From Salisapilia sapeloensis CBS 127946 (taxonomy: Eukaryota; Protista; Oomycota): 64,000 nt of DNA. The number at the start of each line of letters is the position of its first letter. The stretch's first letter is position 1. Below are positions 45,827 to 57,202 of the stretch, in pieces. The position numbers and the translations under genes are program-made. Below the pieces are notes generated by a model. It was not told the origin of the DNA and ran no database searches. It saw only the letters and a list, made by a program, of their open reading frames with translations. The stretch is from assembly GCA_023334545.1 (NCBI GenBank), contig JAADVB010000033.1:1-64000 (forward strand). The letters are read 5' to 3'.

Positions 45827-48678
45827 ATGCCTGGGTTACGCCTCCAATCGGAGCAACCAGACGCCTCGGTCGTGCATGACTTACGGTCGTCTCGAACGTT
45901 GCTTGGGAAAGGAGCGTCATGTGATGTGGTCGTAAATGGTAATGACGTCCAGGACGTACATGCGGTGATCCAATTGGACGCTGGAAAACATGCTCGGCTC
46001 GTTCCATTATCCGGTACGAATGGACCGTGCTATCTTAATGGGAACTTAGTGCATCCTGATGGGATGGTGATTGCCCATGGAGATCAAATTACTCTAGGAG
46101 ATACTTCCGAGCCGCTCTACTTTGATGACTATAAGAATGAACAACCATCGAGTACCACATCGCCTCATTACTCGGTGGACTCTACTCGGCAGTCGACATC
46201 ATTAAAAAGTGTCGAGTTCCGTCGAGCTTTAAATGCTTTACGAGGAGACAAATCCACAAAGGCACGTCGTTCAGTACTAGCGAATTCATCTTTTAATGCC
46301 AGGCGTAGACAGGAAGGTAGTTCAGCCTCAAGTTCCAAGGACCAACTAAATCGGTTTTTAGCAGAAGCTTCCTCGGACTCTGTCTTGAGTAACTTTGTAG
46401 ATAAGAAACTCGGTAGAAGTCAAGGAAAGGAATCTCGACGGAAATTGTCTGTCTTGGAACCTCCTCCGTCGCTATCGTCTTCAGCTGTCTCGTCGGTCAG
46501 ATCTTCTATTGAGAGTCAAAAGAATCGTGAGCAATTGAATGAGCCTAAGAGCTCAAGAATGCTGTCAACAAAAGAGCGAAACCAAGCTGAATTAGAAAAA
46601 CTACGACTCTCGCAGCAAGTTCGGGAAATCAACAAAGTATGAATGTTACATAGCTACCCGTCATCCATTGATTACTTTGATGACTCTTGCAGGTACTAAA
46701 CGGATCGCTCGACTTTAAATCAAGCTATCTCAGTGAAGACAAAATCAATCCATCCATCCAAAGCTCGATAAAAGATCAAAGCAGCATGGGATCACGCCAT
46801 GCAATTGGCAATGAATTCGTGCATTCGTCATCCATTTCCCAAGCCAAGTTTCTACAGCGACGGAAATCACTGGTAGACAGCACCAGCTCTCACAATCTGC
46901 ATAAAACTTTACTTCAAAGCACGGAGAGCCAAGATGATCTTGCCCACAAGGGCGACAAGAAAGATTGTGGCCCCACATTGGTAGATAAAGCTGTGGGATC
47001 ATCAAAACCAATGGAGTTACCACTTCCATCGGTCGATCCTAAAGATAAATCCCATCAACGCACTCGTTTGCATCAAATGGCGATTGATAAATTTATTCGA
47101 AACAAGCAGCGTGAAATTGTAAGCGATGCTTATGTGCAGTGGGTGCGTAGCGTTCGTATCTACAAAGAGCGGCAACATCATCTGCAAATACAACTTAAAA
47201 ACGTTTATACTCGATTGCAAAGATATAATCGAAAGGATACTTTTCATGCATGGCGAAATTTGATGGTACACCACGACACTCTTCTGGAGAATAGGCTCAC
47301 GACGATGAGAGCTCATGTGGATCGAAGGCGATTGTCAAATATGTGGCATGGATGGATGCATCATATCTCGGATATTAAACGAAAGCATTCAATTCTTCGG
47401 CTACTGATCCTTCAGCGAAGGAAAAATGTGTTACGTGGTGGGATGAAGAAGTGGCTATCTCTCGTAGCTCCTTCCTCTGACCCACATGTGAACGATGATG
47501 AACGGGATGAGCTAATGTGCCGCATAATTGATCAAAGCCTTCGAAAGAGAGTTGTCCAACGGTACTTAAGCCAATGGAAGGAATGTGTTCAAGCACATAG
47601 GAGACGTTCAAAGCAGTTAAAAGGTGTTTTGGCACTTCTCGCTGTTAAAAGGAAATTGAAGTGGTGGCACGTGTGGCGACAGAATGCTTACAATGTGAAG
47701 ATCTCTTTGGAGGTACAACAGGGAGCTAAGGAATACATGACACTGAAAGGAGAGTGGCAAAGACAGAAGCAGCGTGTTGAAGAAGGTGAACGTAAAATTC
47801 AAGCTCTGCATCAAAAGTTATCGATGGCAGAGCACCAGTGTGACGAGTTAAAGAGAAGTCACAACCAAGCTGAGCCACAAGAGGTACAAAAAGCTATACA
47901 CCTACTTTTATATCAGTAAGCCAACGCCATTATGTTTTGTACTAGAAAATAGACAAGAAGAATTGCAAGCGTATCAAGCAGTTTCTCGAAGAGACAGTGT
48001 CTCAGGTACAAATCCTCGTATTGATCCGAAAATAAGTATGAATACTAACGGTGTGCCCCAAAGACGGATAATCATATTTTCACACTCAGCTCGAAGCTGG
48101 AGGAACTAGTGGAGCTCTCTGACGTTGATGTAAAACGAGCTCAGCTTCAAGCTGCTTCTGTACGTAACGCATTCAGCCTAATTCTTGTAGATTATAATTT
48201 GAAATGTGCTGTAGTTCTTAGTGGAGACGATGGTCGACCAGAAAGTCAAGATCGCAGAAACAGAGGTACAAGAGCTCCACAGCATCCGAGATAGCCTCAT
48301 CAACAGAGCTGCCTTAGCAGAAGCTCCTGTACCCACGGATTTGGACATCAATGAATTTCTCGAGAACAGCAAAAGCGGGTACATGTTCGCTATCGTAAAG
48401 CAGGTACGAGAGCCTGTAGCATCACCCTGATGAAGTTGATTAAACAAGTATAAATTATTTAGCGTCTTAAGAGGTACACTCAATTGCTGCAAGGAATAGC
48501 AGAACTGGCGGCAATGGATGCAGATGGCGAAGCTGATGGAGGAAAACTACGACACGCCATGTACTTGGTTCAAACTGTCGGGCGACGGGCCTCGGCGCAT
48601 TTGACAACGATGGTTCAGTTACATTACAACAGTAGGATGGATAAGTCAGATCCACCGTCACTAGCTCGAAAGGCATAA
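45827..48678 (+). CDS. FHA-domain protein with Trp-containing helical repeats and coiled coil, multi-exon
   Basis: LLGKGASCDVVV...HAVI...YLNG...HGDQITLG FHA; ORF pieces 45803-46642, 46687-47919, 48221-48430 and 48484-48678 are flanked by GT/AG. Confidence 0.7.
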
Positions 48679-48686
48679 TACATCTA

Positions 48687-49028
48687 TTAAAAGTCAAGCA
48701 GTAACTGCGCTAGTATTTGCTCTACATGTCGTGGCTCGACGGTATCTGCGTCATCTACCATAGCCTCCACCTGTGCTCTATGCAAAGCTTCGATTACGAA
48801 AAGCTTGAGGTATTCACTACTAAGTTTCAGTGCATCCTGGTTAATCTTGGTAACTTGCGTAGCTGCTGATCGAATATCGTCCCTGGCATTCCTGTCACTC
48901 TCATCGTCGCTACCATCCACACTAATGATTTCCGTTGCGTTTTCTTTTTCCTCCGCAGTCACCGCATTTTCTTGTGCCTCCCAGACCTGTCGAAAGATGC
49001 GTTCAACGACACTCTTCTTCAGGCTCAT
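48687..49028 (-). CDS. CENPX: CENP-X / MHF2 histone-fold protein
   Basis: TKINQDALKLSSEYLKLFVIEALHRA...VEPRHVEQILAQLLLDF*. Confidence 0.85.
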   Translation of the reverse strand: MSLKKSVVERIFRQVWEAQENAVTAEEKENATEIISVDGSDDESDRNARDDIRSAATQVTKINQDALKLSSEYLKLFVIEALHRAQVEAMVDDADTVEPRHVEQILAQLLLDF

Positions 49029-49355
49029 CACTCGTCTGCTTAGCTTGTCTGATATGTTGTTTGGTAGTCATTTTATCCGGACAGACACCAACTATATGCA
49101 TTATTCTGAAATGGCATTTTCTCGTCTATCTACTTCGATATAATCGCTCTGCTCCTGCATACCTCAACTAGCCTTTTGCATGAGCTTCAATAAGATAGAC
49201 GTATGCAGATCGAACTCTTCTGCAATGCTCATGAGTTTACTTTTCAATCCCATAGTATATTCAAGTACATTGCATTGCGGGAGTCCCATATATTAATCAA
49301 GTTTAATTGTCGTGACGGATCCATATCCAAACGCACTTGAACATCAAGAGATAAG

Positions 49356-50312
49356 ATGAGCAAGAGAGTGATCGTAGTTGGCTCTGTGAACGCCGATATT
49401 GTCGTCGAGCTAGAACGTCTACCGCAGCGTGGTGAGACTGTGTCCTCAAGCAAACCGGACACAGGTCGTTTCTTCCCAGGGGGTAAAGGTGCAAACCAAG
49501 CTGCAGCCGCTGCCAACCTGATTTCGAGCGAATCCTCACTCGAAGGATGCTCCTTTGCTGGTCAATTCGGTCAAGATGTGCATGGGAATGCATTGCAAAA
49601 AGCACTTTCAGATGTAGGTGTCGATCTCTCACTGTCATCTACTCAAGACACTCCTTCCGGTCAAGCTTTCGTCTTCGTGTATCCAGATGGAGACAATTCC
49701 ATCGTCATTGTAGGCGGTGCAAATGCCCAATGGCCATCTCCTCTACCAGAAAAACTATCTAGAGCAATTCAAGATGCATCCATCGTTCTGCTCCAGACCG
49801 AAATCCCTGCTCAGGTCAATGCCGAAGTCGCCCGCGTCGCGTCCGAAGCTGGCGTATCGGTCATGTGGGATACGGGAGGAGAGGACCGTCCGATCGACGC
49901 ATCGCTACTTCCTTACATCACCTACCTCTGTCCGAACGAAAGTGAATTGGCTCGACTGTCTAACATGAAGGTCGAGACTAAGGACGATGCAATCGCTGCC
50001 GCGAGGTCCATGCAGTCTCAAGGCGCCAACCACTTCTTGGTGACGCTTGGATCGTCCGGATCGGTCTTCATCCCATCCGACTCCAACCAAGAAATCGTCT
50101 ACCAGCCTTGTTACAAAGTAGACAACGTCGTCGACACCACAGGCGCAGGTGACTGCTACCGAGCTGCATTTGCTGTCGCGATTGCCGAAGGCAAGTCGAT
50201 CCAAGTGAGCATGCAGCAGGCTGCTGCTGCAAGTGCTTTGTGCGTGCAGGTACAAGGTGCGATGCCGAGCATGCCGACTCCGTCTCAAGTCTCGACGTTC
50301 TTGAAAGAATAA
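49356..50312 (+). CDS. rbsK: Ribokinase (PfkB family)
   Basis: VVGSVNAD, PGGKGANQA, PNESE, VDTTGAGDCY. Confidence 0.93.
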   Translation: MSKRVIVVGSVNADIVVELERLPQRGETVSSSKPDTGRFFPGGKGANQAAAAANLISSESSLEGCSFAGQFGQDVHGNALQKALSDVGVDLSLSSTQDTPSGQAFVFVYPDGDNSIVIVGGANAQWPSPLPEKLSRAIQDASIVLLQTEIPAQVNAEVARVASEAGVSVMWDTGGEDRPIDASLLPYITYLCPNESELARLSNMKVETKDDAIAAARSMQSQGANHFLVTLGSSGSVFIPSDSNQEIVYQPCYKVDNVVDTTGAGDCYRAAFAVAIAEGKSIQVSMQQAAAASALCVQVQGAMPSMPTPSQVSTFLKE

Positions 50313-50374
50313 CAACAAGACAAAATAGTCTGCTCGTTCGTCTTTACTTATATGTTACACAATATAACGAACGC

Positions 50375-52201
50375 TCATGCTAGTTGGATCTCCGATGATT
50401 GCTCCGGATATGATATGACGCTGCTCGTTCTCGACTCGACTGGACTTTGATAGTTCTTCCAACGACTTTCAAAGTATGGACGACGAGCTTCTAATCCTTT
50501 GGGAGTTATCTGATAGACACTAAAGGATAAACGTAGCTGAGGCACGACGTGGTCACCTAGGAATGACACGGTGACAGGATGATTTAGCTCGCCTGTATTC
50601 GCACGGATCCAATCGGCGACACGGCGAGTGGCACAGATCTGACCACCAGTACCGACGTCTGTGACTTCACTTGCGAATACTTCCGACATGCCAGTGTACG
50701 TGACATTACCAGTGACCGAGTGTGTGCTACGTACGAGTACGCCGTCACTCGGATCTGCGGCGTGGATACCCATGCGGACACGTAAGCCATTGAACGTCCA
50801 CTTGATCGTCTTGTTTCGATCCATATACTTCACTTTTGCCTTCTCCCGCTTTGTCGCTGGGATGGCATTATGAAGTGCCTTGGGCCACTTGGCACACAAT
50901 AGTTCGAATTGAACGGCAGAACAATAGTCTACAGCTTCCTGGATTGTGTGGAAAGCGAGTTGGAAGGCATCACCCACAGTCGTGATCTCATATCCGTGAT
51001 GTAACGGAAGTAGTGCTCGTATCAATTCATCATGCAGTTCATTCGCGACAGACATAATTTCTCCGTCCTTGAGACCCCATAGAGCAGTGGAGGACTCAAT
51101 GTCTGTGTAGACAAAGACAGGGTAGGCACTTGGGGCGTCGTAGAGTGGGATGTCAATAGGTGGCATGATGGCGTTGTTCATATTCGTCGGTAGTCGATCT
51201 GCATACTTTTCAGGTAAATATCGTTGGAAGAGGTGGAAGACCCACTCTTGACTGCATCCGATGGCTATGGAGAGAGCTGTCCCAGAGTTGTTGAATAGAA
51301 GCGTGCTGATGCCAATGATAGGTGCTGGGATATCGACGTCGAAGTCGGACGAGACGAGGATGATCGTAATGACTTGATACTGGAGAGAGAAGAGTCCGTA
51401 GACGACCCTATGGGTAGATTATTAGGCAGAGAAGAGAGTAGTGGTCTAGTGACAGACTTACATGATCGCTCGAATGCGTTTGTAGAGAGGTGAGGCAACT
51501 TGGTCGCCTTGGATCGAAGCATATTTGCGTCCAGTGAGGTTGAGATTGATGAGGACAGAGCTGACGTAGACGAGTGCGACGGCTTGGACGGTGTTGCCAC
51601 TGACGATGACGCGCGTAAAATTGGCAAAGAAGCCTTTGTTCATGGCTGTGTACACCGTCTCGGCTGCGAAGAAGGCGATGATGGCGACATGTATCCAGAT
51701 GCAATAGTGACGAACCGTCCGGCGCTCACGCTGGATGCCACGGTCCATGGACCGACGTGCAAGCTTGGACAGTTCGTGCGTCATTGGTAGCATCCACAAG
51801 GAGGATGCCATGAGAGCTGTGTCACCCATGACGACAATGACGGACAGCCAAGGTCGACTTAGGTCGGTGAATAGAGCTGCGTCACTGAGTCCAATGGCGT
51901 CATGGTAGGTCGTGTGGGAGCCATCGCCTTGATTTGATTCGTCCGCCGTCGGTTCGTCTCCTTCAATTAACGAATTCAAGTAGAAGATGCCTCGGAACAG
52001 AGACCATAGGCATAAATAGAAGAAGAAGACGACGAGTAGGAATTGGACAGCCGAGGACCGGATGTGGGAATGGAGGTACAAGTGGAAAGTGACGGCGCCA
52101 GCAGAGAGACTGGAGATAATGAGTGAGATGGAATATAAGAGACTCCAGAACAGCATGATGCAAATAGAGTGAGCAGCCGTCCGGCAACGGTCGGCTTCCA
52201 C
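50375..52201 (-). CDS. 7TM receptor - class III nucleotidyl cyclase fusion (GPCR-AC), one internal intron
   Basis: A 54-nt intron (GTAAGT at 51461 to CATAG at 51408) joins the TM ORF to an open frame running without stop into the cyclase (VYTDIESST, GDAF, GLRVRMGIH). About seven hydrophobic segments. Start uncertain (ATG 52156 or upstream). Confidence 0.82.
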
Positions 52202-52496
52202 AGAGCTAAATGGAAAGGAGTCAGAGTTGGATAGGATTCGGCAACTGGAGTGACTCTCTTTCAGTATAGGAATGAATTGAGATGAGGTTGGATGGCCACA
52301 TTTCTTGCCGTTAGGTGTTACGATGGCACGAACCGTTTAAAACGAGTGCCGAGGCGACCGCAATCGCCGACCAAGCTTTGATTTGTGGCGAAAATTCTCA
52401 CCACAATGCAGCGAATACCTACACATTTCGAAGTTGGCCATTAGGGTAGCGCATTACTGCTCTCGTTAAAAAATCGTAGTGATGAATTTAAAAAAA

Positions 52497-52569
52497 TGGT
52501 CATGCAGGGGCTCGAACCCTGGACCGCAGCGTTATTAGCACTGTGCTCTACCGACTGAGCTACACGACC
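52497..52569 (-). tRNA. tRNA-Ile (AAT)
   Basis: GGTCGTG/CATGACC acceptor, anticodon loop CTAATAA, T arm CAGGG-TTCGAGC-CCCTG; T-run follows. Confidence 0.96.
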
Positions 52570-53136
52570 ATGTTGACCATGAGTACTAAATTACATTATA
52601 TAAATTAGTTTTTAAGATTTGAAGTTACTTCAATAATCGCCGTGGTACTTGAAGTAGAAAATGTATGACGGAATTTGACTAGGCTGGACGAATCAATCAG
52701 CTAGCTGTTGAGATAAGACTGGTAGGTAAAGAACGATGAGGATGTCTGGGCAATTTAAACTGATTTAATGCATTATCTAGTAGTCATGCAGTGTATGCGA
52801 GCAATGGCAAGAGTCTGGCATGTTTGTGATAGAAATTTCAGTTTAGTGGTGAAAGCGAATCGAGTTTTCCATTCAATGATAACGATTTTTAGTCTATAGG
52901 GAGATGCTACATCTCCTTTCATGTACCCAAGGTGTCTTTACTATCGGAGCAGGTATCCTACTAAAATTGGTGTCGGATCAGACTATCGCGACACGTTATT
53001 GAAGCTGAGCAACATAGTTTGAAGTAGCTCTACAGTACACATATCTTAAGGCGATACTATCCAGTGTAAACATGGCCATTGAACTTTGGGTTTTTGGTCT
53101 TCTCTTACAATAAAGTTGTCTCTAGCAAAAACTTAA

Positions 53137-53390
53137 GGGCGTGTTCGTGTTAGTTGGTATTCGATTTTAACTGGGCATTAGTTTGTTTTCAAAACCACAT
53201 CGTGTTCGCGTTGGGTAAAGTTTAATTGTATAAAAAATTTACTAAGTGTTGTTATTTTCTGAGATGCGTTTATCTTACTTCGTATGCCAGAAACTGGTCG
53301 CGATCAGTTTGTTGTAGAAAGTGGTTTTCAACCGGTTTAAATTAAATGTTACCACGAATCGGGCCAGTTTCAGCTCAAACAAACTCGGCC
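53137..53390. mobile_element. Probable PIF/Harbinger (Tourist-like) MITE, degenerate, 254 bp
   Basis: Left end TAA|GGGCGTGTTCGTGTTAGTTGG; right end reverse-complement GGCCGAGTTTGTTTGAGCTGA, flanked by TTA. 16/23 matches including flanks; AAAACCAC occurs in both arms; AT-rich, non-coding. Confidence 0.55.
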
Positions 53391-53464
53391 TTAGTTGTCT
53401 ATTAGCAACAACTGCATGCACAAATATATGTTTCTATATTTTAAATTATGTAGAAGAAATGTAT

Positions 53465-53537
53465 TCTCCTATAGCTCAGTTGGTAGAGCGTATGACTGTT
53501 AATCATAAGGTCGCTGGTTCAAGCCCAGCTGGGAGAG
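53465..53537 (+). tRNA. tRNA-Asn (GTT)
   Basis: TCTCCTA/TGGGAGA acceptor, TATGA-CTGTTAA-TCATA anticodon arm, GCTGG-TTCAAGC-CCAGC T arm; TTTTT follows. Confidence 0.96.
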
Positions 53538-54355
53538 TTACTTTTTCATCTTTTATACTTTGCAATTGAATTAGAAATTACTTTTATTTACAGTTGCAGG
53601 TGGATTGCACTCTTCTTTTTTACGCTGGCACATTCTGGCTTGTTCTGCCTCTTTGTATCTGTCCAAGAAATTATTTCAGATTAATATGAGTGAAATGATA
53701 AAGATGAAGATATACCGATCAACATTTAGTACGTCATCAGGGACAATTGGACCTTGGTCTATAATCGCTACAATAAAGTTTGTTATGCAAGTGAATTTAT
53801 GCTTCAGGCCGCACTACTCGGATGTATTGAAGCCGTCTTTGGGCATTTTATCTGGCGGTAAAGTGCCCATAAAGAAGCAAAGTCTATAGGGTTCTGCCCA
53901 TCGAGCATACCACGATCAATACTAATACTCTGGCTATCCCACTATCTTATAGCATATCTTAGGGGCAGACGGTACTCTACAAACGTGAAAGCTTAAATGC
54001 TCATGTATCCATAAGTAGATTTAACCGCGTTTCTTCGATTTAGCATAAAAAACGGAGTGTTTCCTAATTTCTAGCCTACAGTGGACGTCAGGGAAAAAAG
54101 TCACACCTACTTACTACTGATATATTCTCTGTAGTCTCCTCAGTCATCTAAAATCAGTGACAAAGATCACCGGTAGCCTCGCGCTTTTTAAATGAATCAA
54201 TGGCTTATTTTACATCTATTCACTTAGCAGGTTTTGCTTGAGATTGAAAAACCTACCTTCAGCCCGCGCAAGCAAGAGTTGTATCATAGACCCGAGTGCC
54301 TAGTTTCTCGCTAATTATTACTGCATCCAACCGATGCAAAAAGTAACAAAGAATT

Positions 54356-54426
54356 TGCGCCGTCCGGGAATCGAACCCGGGGCATCTCGATGGCAACGAG
54401 ATATTTTACCACTAAACCAACGGCGC
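54356..54426 (-). tRNA. tRNA-Gly (GCC)
   Basis: GCGCCGT/ACGGCGC acceptor, TCTCG-TTGCCAT-CGAGA anticodon arm, CCGGG-TTCGATT-CCCGG T arm. Confidence 0.96.
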
Positions 54427-54514
54427 TTGTTGAAACCCTGATGTACAAATAAATATAGAAAGTAATTATAGAAAACACATATAAAGCTGTTTGGACATCA
54501 ATTTTGTCAACGAA

Positions 54515-55224
54515 ATGGTCAACTCGAACGGCGGTCAGTGGGGCTCTACGAATGAACCACCACCACTAATGTATCACGTCGCCAGGTTTCTGGAGGAATC
54601 CAGAGAAGATTGTCTGAAGAAATCAGTCGTTGCATCCGTCGTCGGAGCCGGTATGGGTGTCGGCCTCGGCACTTTTCTTGGCACGTTCGAGGGTGCGCAT
54701 GGAGAGTTGGTAGGAAAGAATATGCGAGAGCAGGTAGGCTATCTTTGTTGCAATCATATAGTTTACATGAATGATCTGATGACATATAAACGAATCTACA
54801 GCTATACAATGGCTTTAGAACCTCCATCATTGCAAGCTTTAAGCGTAGTGTCTACTTTTCCAAGGTACGAGCTAGTCTACACGAAGTGTGCGAAATTTTC
54901 TTAATTTGACTTAATATGCAGGACTTTGCTGTTGTGGGTTTCATCTTCGCAGGACTTGAATGTGTCATTGAGCGTGAGCGTGCATCCCACGACATTTACA
55001 ATACGATCATTGCTGGCGGTACTGCTGGAGGAGCTATGGGCATCTGGGGCGCTCGCAAAGCTGGACGACAGAGTACACTTCCTCACACTTCTTTGAACCT
55101 GTACTTACCATCACCAACTCACTCCATTTGTGTCGTAGTGATGCTTCGTCAGTCCGCCAAGGGTGCGTTAGGATTTGCGGCCATTGGAGTAATTTTCGAG
55201 AAGGCGCTAGAGCACTATGCTTAA
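54515..55224 (+). CDS. TIM22: Mitochondrial inner membrane translocase, Tim17/22/23 family (Tim22-like; 3 introns)
   Basis: [18 protein letters not shown], |[37 protein letters not shown]; the paired Cys residues are typical of Tim22. Confidence 0.8.
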
Positions 55225-55314
55225 TAGATTTCAACATAGACTTTGTCAATTGTTTGAGCTGTATTAGCAATGCACTTCGTTCAAGTTGCCATGCAAATAG
55301 ACTGTTCGCATGCA

Positions 55315-57080
55315 CTAAGCAATTTCAAATAAAAGTTCATGATTGTATGTTTCGTCAGTCGAAGACTCGCCTGCTTGATCTGAGTCTTCTCCATTTTGAC
55401 GAGTGCATCGAAGCAAAATTACATTTCGTGGCGGAGAAGGAGGAGATACGTCATAAGCAGACACAGCATTCTTCACGTTGCCTTCTCCTTTTGTCGGTGA
55501 CTTGGTCCCTGTGCTCTTCAATTTACCCTTATCACCACTAATTGGATGAATAGGCATTTGCATGTCAGTATGCACGCCAGCTGGAGTGCACTTGACGGCG
55601 ATGGCATTCATTCCTCCCTATCATTGATCCAATTGTAGCGTTATGATCCATTTTAGTATACAGGATATAGGGACATTCGTACGGCTGAGATGAGGAAAGA
55701 TACATTTGATGGTTGGCTTTCAAGATCATTCGCTTGGGTATCGTCGTTTCCGGTCGGCTTTATGATACCTTTCGTAACGACAGTAATTTTGCCGGATTTG
55801 TCCACAAACTCGACGATCATCGGATCTGTTGTCAGATTTTGGACAAACATGTTGGCTGTCATGCTCGGGTCAATTGCCTGGATTATAAATTTGTTTACTA
55901 CGTGTGTATATGCAGTGTAGCAAGTGTGAACGAAAGACAAACCGTTGGAGATGGCTTGAATGTAAGGCAACTAGGAGTTATAGCAATAGGAGATGGCGTA
56001 GTTTCTTCTCCGATGCCTTTACCGTTTGCGTCAGCAGTGCCTTCGTCTAACTCTATATTTGCCTCTTCTTCATCATTCTCCTCAACGTATTCACCACTGT
56101 CCAAAATGTTCATGCGATTGCTTCGTTTGCGAGTTGGAGACATTGCAGTCATGTCTTCTGTGCTTAGTGGATACTTGCGATCAAATGCTGATGGCAAGGA
56201 TCCATGACTCCTTTTATAAGCTGACAAGTCTAGTGATTCTTTCGCAAAACCATCAATGTGCTGTACAACTTGCGTCCAAGCAGCACCTTCTATTGGTATA
56301 TTGAGGATCTGTTTCCATGAAACATGATAAGCTGTAGACTTTAGTTCCTTCAAATAAGCTACTTACCCTCCAGTCCACTCTCTCTGTCGAATGGATATCG
56401 TGGCTAAGTGGAAACCCAACGTAGAGTTTGCTCAATGAGTGACAGACACGCTGGTATTCGCGCTGGTAGTCCTGTACAAGCTCGCTTAAAGAGCTGTATT
56501 TAAGCTCTTTGTACATGAGCGTATCAACTCTACTAAGACCGAGAGCACCCCACACATTCTGCTTGTGGCGAACAGCCAAGACGATATGTCGATGTTCCGT
56601 CCCTCCAGCAACGGATTTAAAGCTAAGAGGAAAGCGTTCAAGGTCCTCAAAACTCGCGGTCAAATACGCTCCTAGAAACAAAGCTTCAAGACATTGTATC
56701 GGCAACCCATCGTTCATAATCTCCTTCGCAGTGTCGACAATGCTCTTGAAACTACGATTTTTACCTACATCAAAATACAAAGTACCAGTGTAGTTGTACC
56801 TACCAGTATAAGTTGCATAAGTGTCAAGTAAGATAAACAAGCGATAGAAGATTACTCTAATGAGCTAATAACATTCTGGATCTGATTCAATCTGGTCTTC
56901 ATCGATACTTTAGAAGTGAACGAAGGCATCTTGGGTTTCGGAGGCTACAATTATCAACAGACGTAACGCAACACAGAGCAAAAATGTATGGAAACTTGGG
57001 CACTCTACCTCAGACAAACTAGTCATGGCGCGTACTTGTTCCCAAGCATCCTCAATCTCTTGACGCGTAACACTAGCCAT
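55315..57080 (-). CDS. VASH: Vasohibin-family tubulin carboxypeptidase with C-terminal extension (multi-exon)
   Basis: Exons MASVTRQEIE... (ATG 57080) | PPKPKMP...ISSLE | YNYTG...LPIQCLEALFLG...RFPLSFKS...HRHIVL...GALGLSR...LMYK; catalytic Cys, His and Ser positions are present. Confidence 0.9.
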
Positions 57081-57202
57081 TTCAATTGCTCAATGCAAGC
57101 GTCCGAAATCAAGAATAGAAAACACGAATGGACAAATCATGAAAACTTTCTTTGCACAAGTTATATATAACCTCTGCACGTGGGAAACGCCCATCAACGC
57201 CA

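Noticed and set aside
6217-49028. FANCE and CENP-X/MHF2 as a Fanconi pathway cluster
   Set aside because: They are about 41 kb and more than 20 unrelated genes apart.
52959-52970. U6 snRNA-like 12-mer TACTAAAATTGG
   Set aside because: The match stops after 12 nt and there is no ACAGAGA box.
53841-53889. 10-bp hairpin as a Helitron 3' end
   Set aside because: The following sequence is CTAT rather than CTRR, it lies 15 nt away, and no 5' TC end or second copy is seen.
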